Of a stretch of DNA of 64,000 bases, positions 13,666 to 29,529 are shown in pieces (within the stretch, counting starts at the first letter, position 1; each line of letters begins with the position of its first letter). Source of the DNA: Eledone cirrhosa (taxonomy: Eukaryota). Location of the stretch: assembly GCA_964016885.1 (NCBI GenBank), contig OZ024746.1, forward strand, positions 87,048,001-87,112,000. Reading direction: 5' to 3'. The translations under genes were made by a program, and so were the position numbers. The notes beneath the pieces are model-generated. The model was given only the letters and a program-made list of their open reading frames with translations. It had not been told where the DNA came from and did not search any database.

Positions 13666-13667
<2 letters not shown>
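12418..13667 (+). mobile_element. 5'-truncated Penelope-like retroelement (RT thumb, Cys-rich linker, GIY-YIG endonuclease, 3' pLTR), frameshifted, inserted in (TA)n
   Basis: Translations by eye: VDFSDINLDLRTHTHRPFHKLNEKLNYIHKDSCHPP..ISTRISNLSS..FDRAAPYYNTAL; HFPTVHKYRCIFNRHKVKLGYSC; CSCCKPEACPLQQQC; YVGMAEGRFKERFQNHQSTF..LASHVWSLK..IQWK..CGLCIDE..LN..CPH. (TA)n on both sides. Confidence 0.9.
13600..13637 (+). ncRNA. Minimal type I hammerhead ribozyme in the Penelope 3' pLTR, slightly degenerate
   Basis: CGAG-CTGAGGA-tCCgctaaGGt-GAAAC-AATT-TTT-CTCG. Stem I is CGAG/CTCG, extendable by ACCAT/ATGGT. The stem III loop is palindromic and the G expected before the cleavage UH is T. Confidence 0.75.
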
Positions 13668-13721
<54 letters not shown>

Positions 13722-14839
13722 TACATACATACATCTATATTTACTTCCATTTCAGCAAAGAAATTTTACTCGCGAAATTTTTGTATCAGCGACCGAATAT
13801 TTCATAGACATGGATAACGTGATAACGTTAACGGAAGTTACAGTGCGAATCGATGTGTCACGATGCAAGAGGGTCGGAGCTTTGAAGTTCGTATAGTATA
13901 AAGGGGAAAGACCGATCTATAGTGAAATCAAGCGACACGGTAAAGAAAATAACTAAGTACGGCCTAACATACCCGCAAATTAGTTCGTTGGGAAAACTAT
14001 TATTGCAATTCTGTTTCCGTCTGTACTTCTTAATGAATATTAGCTGTGCTGATATACAGAGCACTATTTCTTCTTTTTGATATTTTCTTAAGAATAATAC
14101 ACACGCACGTGTGAGTGGGTCGGAGAGGGAGATCGAAATACGTATGTGCGTATGTAGAAAGGAAATTATTGGTTTATCCTTCATCATTGCTATTCTTCTC
14201 AATTCTCATGTGTAGTTATTTCATTTATTTTTTCGACAGCTCGTTAATTCTTAAACAGCTTAGAATATCTGTCTTTGTCAATTCTAAGAGTCTATTAAAT
14301 CTTAGATATCCCCCATTCTTTACGACTTTTATTATCTATCTTGCCCTTGGGGGGATATTTCTTTCATTAACACGTTATAGACTTAATTTTTAATTCCGTT
14401 AAGCATAGATATCTATATATTTCACTATAACTTACAGTCCTGAACTAAGTGCAGACTAGTCTCTCTCTCACTCTATCTCTCATTATCATACAGAAACGCA
14501 AATAGTTATATAGATACATGTAACTAACATACATTTCTGTAGGTCTTCTAAATACAATAATCGCTTTAAATGCCATTGTATTCGGAGAAACCTCTAAGTA
14601 TATTTTTCTTGTGAGTTAGGTGAGATTTATATACACATATTAATCGCCGTTGAAGTTTCAAATTAAAAGAAATACAGAAAGTTTGTGCAGCCAATATACA
14701 ATTGGATTTCGATTTACACTGAACATAATAACATAGATCTATTCAAATATTTCTTTTAAAAAGAAAAATCATATAAATACAACAATCTAGCTTCACGTTT
14801 ACACAAGATATGTATCTCTTATATAGATATAAGAAATGA

Positions 14840-14874
<35 letters not shown>

Positions 14875-15226
14875 AAAAAGGAAAAGAATGCTAAACAATT
14901 AGATTTAATTTTATAATTTTATAATTTTATAATTTGGTAGATCTAGTAAGTTTTTTGGTAACTTCGGTGGGGAGATTTTTAAAGATTCCGGGTTAACTTT
15001 GCTGGAGAACTTTCTCGCATTCGTCGGTGGCGATTGTCGTGTGTCTGTACACATGTATGGATGTATGGATCTTGGATTGAAATAATTAAAGTAAAATCTC
15101 TCTATATGTGAACATAGAGGTAACAATATAATGTTATATAAAATACACTTTATAATACATATATATATATACAAATACACACACACGCACACACACACAC
15201 ACATATACATATACATATACACATAA

Positions 15227-15275
<49 letters not shown>

Positions 15276-15276
<1 letters not shown>

Positions 15277-15354
15277 CGAAGGAGTTGTGGTAAGGACTAG
15301 TCCAGAAATAGCCGTCGAAACGGCTTCAGCTCTGCCGTCGGGGTCATATATTTT

Positions 15355-15356
<2 letters not shown>
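15276..15356. mobile_element. Internally deleted copy of the short fold-back element (family P1)
   Basis: AACGAAGGAGTTGTGGTAAGG tail joined to ACTAGTCCAGAAATAGCCGTCGAAACGGC..GCCGTCGGGGTCATA, embedded in (TA)n. Confidence 0.75.
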
Positions 15357-15390
<34 letters not shown>

Positions 15391-16191
15391 GAAAGAAGAG
15401 TGACACGGTTTGCTATACAAAAAATGTTTTTAATCTCATTGCTGACAATTGGTTCTATGAACTGGTAGGTCTAGAGATCGCTACCCACTTATTTTCACGT
15501 TATTCGATCACCAATACAAAGTTATAACCAGTCAATTCATCGGAGCTTGTGAGAATGAAAAGAATATAGAGGCATGGCTACTATATATAGTAGTAATGGC
15601 ATTCGATCAGAACAATAACAACAATACTAACAATGCTAGCAATAAATTATTTGAAATAATCACAACATCAATCTAGGTGGGAAGTAGAGAATATCTACGA
15701 TTTTAGTGTGTAAAACTAGCTGACAATGAGGCAGATGTATAAAATTAACATGTAAAAGCTGTCATGGGGTGTATTATATCTAGTGTAAAGATAAGCCGGT
15801 GTCTTTAAACAATGTAGGTCTGGTGACCGTAAGAATCGTTTATTATCTGACAGATGAAGAATTTATCACTGTAGTCAGATTTGCGTGGTCTATATTAGAT
15901 GAAAGGGTTGTCTAGCTTTCTCATCATCAATAACATACATGTATAAGACAAAATTAACAGAGTAGCAATATAATGGGCAAGTTAATACAGAGGTTAAGGA
16001 GGCAATATATATATATATGTACATACATGCACACACACACACATATATATATATAATGAAATAAATATGGTTTTATAAATATAGTTTTCCATTTATTTAA
16101 TATTGTAAATATACTCCAAGTATTTGTCGAGTGCTTTTATATCAGTTATAAATATTTACTAGTTGTAACCCAACAATTTTAAATATAACTT

Positions 16192-16231
<40 letters not shown>

Positions 16232-16254
16232 CACATATATACATACATATAAAG

Positions 16255-18599
16255 AGAAAACCTGGTGATTATAATTATAACAGGAGGAAGGTAAAGTTCT
16301 GTTGTAGTAGTATTTTAAAATGTTCTTGGATTTAGGTTCAAGTGCTGACAGCAGCTGAGAAGAGATATGCTTATGGGTTGATGAGGTACTTACAGACATT
16401 AGTGTGGTATAGAACTAAGAAGGCTAGAATGTACTTAATGATTATATTTCTGTGGTGGTTCGTGCAGTGTAGTGGGTATCCTAAGTTGAAAGTTAGGTTA
16501 CGTCGGTTCGATTCACGGATGTTTAAATCTTGTGAATTTAGTGGCGATCCTGTGTCTGCAGAAGATAGATCTTTCTAACTTGTTGTTAAGTAGCCCTTTT
16601 ACATTTCTAAGGATATACAGTAATTCTAGATCACATAGCCTACAGTGGGACATACCGGTACTATAGGTCTTTGCGGCCGACAACCTCGACCAGTTGATAC
16701 TGTAGTCGGTGTTGTTGTCCTTAAGTTCCCAGATTTTTTTGGCGAGGGTTGTAGAACCGATAAGTGCACAATTTTACATCGAGTGTCTGTGCACATACCA
16801 TCTTTTTTTAAAGGTACCCGCGGTGGATCCAATGTAATGCCAAGTGGAGTTGTCTGAGCTGACCGTACACATGTACACTAGGCTCGAATAGAGGCATCTA
16901 TTCGCCAATGGGCACCTATCCGGTAGGTGACAGTTACAGTTTGAGGTGTTATTTCGTGCAACTTCTTTTGTACACTTGCTATAAGTGGGTTGTGATTCAT
17001 GGCCGTTGGGGTTTTGCTGCTGCGTGCTTGTATGCGCTTGCGGTTGTGATACTGTGATGTGTTTATGCTTATAATTTGGTGCTATTTTGCGCATAGGTGG
17101 GGCGGATTCCCTAGATATATTTCTGTGGTTGATCTTGCGTATGTGCGATTCTATATTTGCTGCCGTTGAGTATGAGAGTTTTATAGTGTTTCTATTGAGT
17201 ATTTTATTATATCTGTGTGAAATAGGGAAGTGTTTATTTATTAGTTTAAAGAATGTAGAAGGCAGTCTGGTTTTTACAGAGGAGTTGAAGATTCGGTTGA
17301 ACCATAGGTATTTTCTTTCTCTGATTCTTCTATTGTTTCTAGGGTTTACATTATTAGTGTTTGGACCGCTTGCTCTAGGTGCTACGTACCTAACCCTATG
17401 TCTAGTCCTGTTACCTCTATTTTTATGTGAGCGGTTGGTGTAATTGTTATTAGGTTTGTTTAAGTTGTCTTTATTCGCTATATACTGCAGTTTATCTTTA
17501 TGTCCAGCCCTATGTAATGTTGCGTTATAATAGTTAGCATGTTCATTAAAAATTTCTAGGTTTGAGGATAAGCGGCATATTCTAAGGGATATACTACGTG
17601 CTATGGATCTAATTATGGATTTGAGGTGGTTTGAGTTATAACTAATGTAGGGCAGATTTTCATTATTTTTGTGGAAAGGTTCTATTAATCCCGTATTTAG
17701 ATTTAGAGTCACATCTAGAAAGTTTACCTTCTTATGGTTCAGTTCGTAGGTAATACTTAGGCCTAGTTTTTTGAAGAATGATCTAATGTTTTTTTCTTAA
17801 TCTTTCCATCACTCTGGTTGTTTAAGTTCTTAGCTATAAGGAGCGTGTCGTCTCTATAAATCCCCCCTTGGAGGTTACTGAATTCCTTATGTAGGTTGTG
17901 TGCTATGAATAGCCCCACGATGTCAGTGATTTGCGCAGAGTCATTTGATCACATTGTTATATCGAAGCTGTTTATCCTATCTCTTCTTACCCAGTAGCTA
18001 TTTTCAAATTGTATGATAGTCTTTCTAGCCGCTATTATTATTTCAATTTCCTCAGGGGTAAGATCGGAGTTATTTTGGGCAAATATAAGCGTTTTATCTA
18101 GGGTGGCTGGGGATATGGATGCATAGTAGTCATTTATATCAAATTGTATGAAGTTACATATCTCCCTATTTCGTATTTTATTGAACCATTTAATCGCCTC
18201 GTTAGTGTTACCCCATAAATTGATTTCTAGTTTACCCTTTATTTGTGCGATTACTCTATCTAGAATGTTCTTGCTAATTTTACCTATATCTGATTTAGAT
18301 GGGCATATTAATATAATAGTAGGGTTTGTTTCAACATTATTTTTGTGATGTTTCAGGTTAAATGTGGGGTTGCATGGGGTTAGAGGCACGGTCCTATCAG
18401 GTATTCCGAGTTTATTTACTATCCTAAGACCCTCCACGTTAATGCTGGTGAGTGTGGATTCGTTTGTTTTTTTTTTGTATTTTTTATACTGTTTATGCTG
18501 GATAAAATACTTAGCCAAGCGTTGATCTCATCCACTACCCGGAGTACCATAACTGGACTACACTTAAGTGGACTACCTATAACAATAATGTGTTACCCC

Positions 18600-18600
<1 letters not shown>
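16255..18600 (-). mobile_element. Decayed Penelope-like retroelement (RT with YRDD, CNC..CPL..C linker, GIY-YIG), flanked by (TA)n
   Basis: ORF 17949-18518 has LICPSKSDIGKISK..FIQFDINDYYASI..FDITM*, continuing S-NDSAQITDIVGL..GGIYRDD. ORF 16774-17712 has HFPISHRYNKILNRNTIKLSYS..CNCHLPDRCPLANRCL..VYMCTV..YIGST..FKKRW. A shifted frame gives WELKDNNTDYSINW..CRLCDLE..CRH. Confidence 0.92.
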
Positions 18601-22490
<3,890 letters not shown>

Positions 22491-22825
22491 TAGAGAGAGA
22501 GAAAGGGAGAGGGCTGTTTCTGTGGGTATGTTTATATTTATGTCTCTCTGTATTTGTCAATACATTCGTACAGTTAAAGGAAATTACTTGCAATTGTTTC
22601 TATTAATCTATGTTTAATAATACTTATATTTCGAAATTAGCAATGATAATAGAAATATTTACCTGACGTGATTTTATTAGTACAATTTATTTAGATAAAT
22701 TCCATAGTGTATCATTTCAGTATAATCCCATTTCACACGCAAACACTATTGTCTTTAGTCAATATAAACAACCGTGCACTACTACAAACAGATATAGAAG
22801 TGAGAAGATATATATATATATATAT

Positions 22826-22870
<45 letters not shown>

Positions 22871-22923
22871 GTGTGCGTGCGTGCGTGCGTGCGTGCGTGT
22901 GTGTGTGTGCTTGTGTGTGTGTG

Positions 22924-23114
22924 TCCCCGGAGTTTCATCGGGCGCAAACACAGTAAGGTACTCAATACATAGAAGGGTATATACAATATTTAATAGAGAA
23001 ATGGCTTCTACATGACTAGACCTGTTTCCGTTGACGGAAATCACCAGGAAAGCCCTTTCCTGACGATTTCCTTCGAATGAAACAGTTCTAGTCCTTTAGA
23101 AGGTATTTTTATTC

Positions 23115-23121
<7 letters not shown>
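22924..23121 (-). mobile_element. Short fold-back element (family P2) with two inverted hammerhead-like motifs
   Basis: Imperfect inverted arms of about 75 bp (22977-23052 and 23055-23128). + arm: CTGACGA..GAAACAGTTCTAGTC; - arm: CTGGTGA..GAAACAGGTCTAGTC. The tail carries GTATTGAGTACC on the - strand. Microsatellites on both sides. Confidence 0.65.
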
Positions 23122-23155
<34 letters not shown>

Positions 23156-23245
23156 GAATTTTATTTCTAGCCCTAGCACAGCCACATGTTGATTGTTACT
23201 CAAAGCCACTGTTGAACAAATACACACACACACACACGCACACGC

Positions 23246-23310
<65 letters not shown>

Positions 23311-23313
<3 letters not shown>

Positions 23314-24253
23314 CAATATATTTAGAAACACACAGATACATGCGGACACACACATATATACATGAATGCATCCGCACCCAACTGTGAGTTCCTCTGGTCG
23401 AGCAATCTTTGAAGTGTGGGGACAACTGGAAAGCTTCCATTACTCATACTTCTAGCCTTCTTCACCACCTCTTCTGCGGCCTCGATATGAATACCCCCTC
23501 CGCCTCCGTGGTATTTTCTTCGTGGTTATAAGAGGCTTAGCTCTGTTTCTCGACCGTTATATCGCGTGACTATCTCCCCCTCCGCCTTTTGGGATTCTTT
23601 CTCACGTCGTGTAGACGCGTTCTTGAGACTAGTAAAATGAGGCATCCTCTTGATAAGTCGGCAGACCTCGCAGGGACTCTATATCTTTATGATATATTGT
23701 TTTTGTTTATGCCACGAAACTACGTAGTCATGTATTTTTAACTCTGATACTGGTTTAGTCTGGTTCAACTGAATTGGTCTGTCCCGGTCATTCATTGAGC
23801 AACATCGGTGAAGTTGGCACCCTTAACTCACAGTTGGGTGCGGATGCATTCATGTATATATGTGTGTGTCCGCATGTATCTGTGTGTTTCTAAATATATT
23901 GTTAATAACTCCCTCTGGTCGAGCAATCTTTGAAGTGTGGGGACAACTGGAAAGCTTCCATTACTCATACTTCTAGCCTTCTTCACCACCTCTTCTGCGG
24001 CCTCGATATGAATACCCCCTCCGCCTCCGTGGTATTTTCTTCGTGGTTATAAGAGGCTTAGCTCTGTTTCTCGACCGTTATATCGCGTGACTATCTCCCC
24101 CTCCGCCTTTTGGGATTCTTTCTCACGTCGTGTAGACGCGTTCTTGAGACTAGTAAAATGAGGTATCCTCTTGATAAGTCGGCAGACCTCGCAGGGACTC
24201 TATATCTTTATGATATATTGTTTTTGTTTATGCCACGAAACTACGTAGTCATG

Positions 24254-24258
<5 letters not shown>
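23311..24258 (+). mobile_element. Non-coding element with 347-bp direct repeats and an 80-bp inverted repeat (pLTR/retrozyme-like)
   Basis: 23391-23737 is nearly identical to 23912-24258. 23311-23390 is the reverse complement of 23825-23904. Each direct repeat ends in GCCAC-GAAAC-TACGTA-GTC. Flanked by (TA)n. Confidence 0.8.
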
Positions 24259-24284
<26 letters not shown>

Positions 24285-24616
24285 CATCAACAATTGTTTT
24301 ATGTTACCATATTTTCCGAAATATTACATTTTAATATGATAGAGCAACATATAGCTAAGTATGTAGTATTTCGACTCCATGAACTGTTATGAAATATCTA
24401 TGGTAAAGAGATTCGTTATTCACACTACGATAATCAAGCATGCCGTAAATATAGAGCCTAATTGGATTAATGAGGCCAAATCAACACAATCTGTGAAGAT
24501 ACGCATCAATTATATTTATCTAACATATTTGCTCAATGAATTCTATTTTCATTCACGTTTTTCAAATTTTAGATTGACTATAAGTAAAAAGAATCTCTAT
24601 TATTGTATGAATGAGG

Positions 24617-24802
24617 CGATGGATTGGCAGTATCGGTAGAGGGTCGGATGTCATGCTTTGCAGCAAAGTGTTACGGCTCATTATGGTCCAAGTTCAAATC
24701 CGCCGAGGTTAACTTTGCCTTTCATCCTTACGGGGTCGATAAAATAAAGTACCAGTAATACACTGAGATAATTGCTGGCCTTGTGCGAAATGTAGAAACA
24801 AT
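24617..24802 (+). mobile_element. Family A SINE with 16-bp TSD
   Basis: TATTGTATGAATGAGG on both sides (24601 and 24803). Confidence 0.9.
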
Positions 24803-24899
24803 TATTGTATGAATGAGGACCGATATTGCGTGCGTGTTTGGGGTAATCATTCATTTTATTTAGATACTATCTTAATTTGACAAGTATCGTTTTTAGTCA

Positions 24900-25573
24900 T
24901 CTATACTATAAAGCTGACGGCCGTATGTAGGTAACAAATTTCCACCAAACGGCTGGACCAAACAGCACCAAATTTGCACCATAGATGTAACTTTTTCCAA
25001 GTAAAAATGTGAGGGTATTTTTGTCTACTGAATTTTGTTAAAAGATTAAAGACATTATTTAAATGTTCACTTCTTTAAAATTTCAAATGTCAACACTTCC
25101 GGTTATACGTCATTCCTCACTTTTTCTTATGACGTCGCATAACAATCCCCTCTTTTTCATAGTCCGTCTTTTTAGATAGATACATAGCTATAATGTCGCG
25201 CACTTATAATGTCTCCGTTACTGCGTTCTCAGACGGATTTTTTTAGTTTAAGAAGAACCCGTTAAGGGTGAAAACAGCAATTCTTTGCTTAAACTTTAAT
25301 CTGTTATTTTAATATATATATATTCGTGTACAGATATTTTTGCATACACAAAAACAAAGCCTATTTATTTCACGAAATTTCTTTAACCTACTGGCTGCTG
25401 AACTGGGGAATCCTAAAAATTGTTCAAACCCAACATCAGAGCACGTTACCCCCCCCCCCCCCCACACTTACTTGAGGGGGCGTGCGGTATCGTTGCACTG
25501 GAGTGTAGGGGGGATTTCTGGAAAAATAAAATGCCGGTATACCTAGCCAGGTGCCAGCCGGACGGGCATATAG
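24900..25573 (+). mobile_element. Probable non-autonomous Helitron
   Basis: 5' A|TCTATACTATAAAG. Shares TTTAGATAGATACATA..GTCGCGC..TTATAAT with the 2179 Helitron. The 3' end has a GC-rich hairpin-like TGCCAGCCGGACGGGCA followed by ATAG|T. 25225-25320 is similar to the reverse complement of about 12065-12175. Confidence 0.5.
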
Positions 25574-25679
25574 TATTATATAAAGGCAAATTGGAATATC
25601 ACCGGAAATGGATTCAGAACATACATGGAAGTAACTAATGAGGAATAAAATCTCAACATTGCTCAACTTGTATTATTTC

Positions 25680-26297
25680 GGGGGATTGGCAGTATCGGTA
25701 AAGGGTCGGACGCCATGCTATGCAGTATAGAGTTACGGCCCTTTACGAACTGAGTACAAATCCTGCCGATGTTAATTTTGCCTTTCATCCTTACGGGGTC
25801 GATAAAATAAAGTACCAGTAATGTACTGGGAAATTGCTGGCCTTGTGTCAAAGTAGAAACAATTATTAGGGCGGTGGGTAGGCAGCATCGGTAGAGGGTC
25901 GGACGCCATGCTTTGCAGTATAGAGTTATGGCCCTTTACGATCTGAGTTCAAATCCCGCCGAGGTTAAATTTGCCTTTCATCGTTACGGGGTCGATAAAA
26001 TATAGTACCAGTAATGCACTGGTCTTGTGCCAGTAATGCTGGCCTTGTGCCAAATGTAGAAATAATTATTTCTCTCTCTTCCAGGGCAGTGGATTGGTTG
26101 GCAGTAACTGGTGAGTGTCTAACACACTGCTTCTCAGCATAGAGTTATGGTTGTTTACGTTTTGAGTTCAAATCCCACCGACTTTAGCTTTGCATTTCAT
26201 CTTTATGGGGTTGATAAAATAAAGTACCAGTAACATACTGTGGTCGATTTAATCAGCCTTACCCTCCCTTTCAAAAGGCTGGACTTGTGCAATTATT
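25680..26297 (+). mobile_element. Three tandem family A SINEs (about 25680-25865, 25868-26068, 26083-26297)
   Basis: Head-to-tail consensus matches. Confidence 0.9.
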
Positions 26298-27239
26298 TCT
26301 CTCTCTGATCTACTCTCTAATAGGAATGACTCTTAACATTTGCAAAAATGCCACTATATTAAACTGGTATTTACTTTATAGACCGTGGGACGTAGACTTG
26401 CAAAGACCTATTTTCCAGTAAACTAATCACTGGATATCTCTGAAAAAGGCAGTGTAAGCTATTTTTGTAACGTCAGTTTGAACCCTTTTCCTGATCTACA
26501 AACATAAGATATATGATACGATTCTAAATATATGTAGTTGAATGGATTCGAACGTTTAAATTTGAAAACTGGCATGTAATAACATTAATGTAACACGAAT
26601 TCATGTCATTCTGTCTAGCTGTCCCATTATCTTATCAACGTAGATAACAGTGCTCTTTGAATGGTGTAGAGTGGGTATGAATGAATTACTGATACTATGA
26701 AATCGGTGATCAGAGAGACATTTCGATTAAAGAAAACGTTTGAGAGAATAATACAGAACCATTTTCGCATTTTCCGAAGCTGTATTAAACAACTCGGAAA
26801 CAGTTATTTAGCTTTATATATATTCATTTTAGGTAGGGTTGCAGTTCGGTCGAAATAAAAGTACTATAATGATTGAAAATAAATGTACGTCCGAAGCTCT
26901 TTCATAGTGAAATTGCTGGATTTTTATAGCATTCATTCCCATAACAAAAACGTTGGTAATTAAAACTTCCCCGGTTTTATAGAGGAGCTCTCCTAACTAC
27001 CAATTGTCCCAATAGACCAATAGCGAATATAGCATTAATGATGGTTTTATGGCGCTATCTTGAAACAGAAATTAGATACCACATCGTTTCAATTTATTTT
27101 TTTTTTCTCAAATCAGATTTTAATAATTCTCTTAACCTCATCGCCATCGTGGCCATAGCCATCACCATCACCAGCATTACCAACATCAACATTTTTTCCT
27201 ACCTTTTCTTCTCGTTATTACTTTTATGGTTATTATTAT

Positions 27240-27600
27240 GCCTTCCGAGAGGTTTGGGAATTGGAAGAATTTGCAGAATATCGGTCTAAATTGCTACTGT
27301 AGCGAGTTATGTTTTGATTTCAATCCCCCTAAACGCAATGCTACCTTTTATTTAATTTAATTTGTTTTCAGGTGTGGCTAAAATATATTAACCAGTGAAG
27401 TACTAAAGTTAGGTTAATTAGCTATAGCCTTCATTAAAATGTGTGGCCATATTTCCTTGTTAAATCAAGCAATACAGCAGCAGGTACATCAAAGTATTGC
27501 GTGTTATTTAGATACACCTTCCACACCCTGAGTTCAAATTCTGCTACGTTCGACTTTACAACTTAGAATTTAGTGGTCGATAAAATAAGATCGAGTTAAC
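27240..27600 (+). mobile_element. Two old, degraded SINE copies
   Basis: Remnants such as CTGAGTTCAAATTCTGC..GGTCGATAAAATAAG. Confidence 0.5.
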
Positions 27601-27649
27601 CTGTAGAATGGATCATGATTTGCATAGACATCTCAAAATCTATCGTATG

Positions 27650-28140
27650 TACTGCGGTATTATAGCAATGAGTTTGCTTCTATACAGATTGGACAATCTG
27701 TAACGCTAAAGAAAAGTATGACTGTATGAGAAGAATGCTTGGAAAGACACGGTATGAGGAGCACAACTGAAATATATGAGAGGACTTGGAATTCATTGGA
27801 TTGCTTCTTCATCTAAAAGATGGTTATATAAATTATCCTTGATTTTGTGTCTGGGACGGTCGAGCAAATGTAATCATCTTATACGAAAGACATGGCCAGA
27901 CAGAACGGACTTCAACATTGGAGAGAATGGCTTGTTAATCCAATGAAACTTGCTTCCCATTGCATATCAAACGTGGGCTGATGAAGCAATTTGTGAATGA
28001 TTTGGCCAATTATGGTGACTGTTTCAAATACTTAAGCTAAGAAATGTTTGACTTGTCTTGTGAGATAATTAAGACTGGTGTGTTTACCAGATGAATCATC
28101 TATTGCATGACGACTAATTTTTGGAGACGATGTCTCCAAA
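27650..28140 (+). pseudogene. Decayed DNA transposase fragment (probably CMC/Chapaev3-type)
   Basis: GYINYP*FCVWDGRA..WPDRT..LPLHIKRGLMKQFVNDL..GDCFKYL, matching the recalled family motif GYTKYPCFLCLWDSRA..LPPLHIKLGLMKQFVKAL. Contains stops and frameshifts. Confidence 0.7.
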
Positions 28141-28280
28141 AGGTAAAATTCAAATAGTGTGTGTGATTCCACTGCAAACATTACCCTCGAAACATATATT
28201 AATATCATTTAAAACTTATGATTTCACTTCAAAACAAATAAAAGATATATATATATCAGAATGGATTCAGTTTGAAATTG

Positions 28281-28405
28281 GTTAGACCATTACTCAACAG
28301 AGTACTCGATCCTTGGGGTAGTAGATTATGGCTACATTAAAAAGACTCGGGACCCCGACGGCTAACCTCTTACCGAGCTCAGCCGTCGTGGTTCTGAAGT
28401 TTTTA
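28281..28405 (-). mobile_element. Diverged relative of fold-back family P1
   Basis: CAGAGTACTCGATCCTTGGGGTAGTAGA resembles the P1 tail. Short inverted repeat GACCCCGACGGCT..AGCCGTCGTGGTTC. Confidence 0.55.
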
Positions 28406-28430
28406 CATATATATATATACACGCACACGC

Positions 28431-28528
<98 letters not shown>

Positions 28529-29485
28529 TGTCTAAATGTAGGTTATAATGAACAATGGAAAATGATATTGTATAAAGTACGTGGGAGAAAACCGTTTACA
28601 TTCCAATGTATTCGGAGATTCCTGAAATTGTGTTCAGTTTATTCTCCATCTTTCAGCATATATACACACACATACATAGACACACACACTTGTACACATA
28701 CAGACACACACACAACACAACTTATATAGATATATACAAACGTAACACCCTTCTCTATATTAAAAAATAAAAGACCAGGGCTAAATATACTTCAACATAC
28801 GTTAATATGTTAACCTCTTAACATGCTAACCATATTACACACACATATACACACACACATAACACCCTCCTCCATTTCTAGTAATGAAATCATTTTTATT
28901 TCTATTATCAAGATAATAAACCGTTTTGCTACACACCCGCACACACACGCGAAAAAAATAAAATATTGTATTCCCCTTTTCTTCTCTGCCACCAAATAAC
29001 TGCAGCCACCACTAACGACACAAACATTCAATTTATTTCACTAGAGAATCTAAATTGTGACACCTCAGAATGACATCAGCTTTACCCACAGAACCAGAAC
29101 TATTTATCCCATTTCTTGACCACCATCTTTTGTTTCGCACATAACTTTCTATGACAAACCATCATTTTCTGGCACCTATATTATATGGCCAATCATGTGA
29201 CTGTGACCAATAATTAAAATGGCAATAAAGAACCTTCAAACACGAGATGGCACGAAATTGATTGTACTTATTTGCGTGAAAATCATCAACCAACCAAATT
29301 ACGCATATAATTGAGCCACATGTTTAAAGGTAAATACAATAAGATCTTTGTAACGCGAACGGACACGAAATGTATTATATATATTCACGTGACACCCATC
29401 AACCAAACGAATTTCTTTGGAAAAACTCGTTCAGCTTATAACACAAATAACTTTTGAATACCAACCACAAACCCTCCATCCCAAT

Positions 29486-29529
29486 TTTAATTTTGAAAAG
29501 CATAAAAACTGTGAAACCGGTAAAGTAAA
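29486..29529 (+). ncRNA. Degenerate minimal hammerhead motif within a dispersed repeat (about 29460-29585)
   Basis: TTTAATT-TTGAAAA-GCAtaaaaacTGT-GAAAC-CG-GTA-AAGTAAA. Stem I pairs 6/7, stem III is the palindrome ACCGGT, and the core has drifted from CTGAAGA. Second copy at 62538. Confidence 0.5.

Noticed and set aside
17949-17951. In-frame TGA in the Penelope RT as possible selenocysteine
   Set aside because: It falls at the conserved Gly of the TMGS motif (GGA to TGA), and the copy has frameshifts elsewhere. An ordinary nonsense mutation.
27978-27984. Isolated CTGATGA and similar heptamers (also 35214, 41875, 58547)
   Set aside because: They lie within transposase or SINE sequence, or lack a downstream stem II-GAAA-NUH arrangement.
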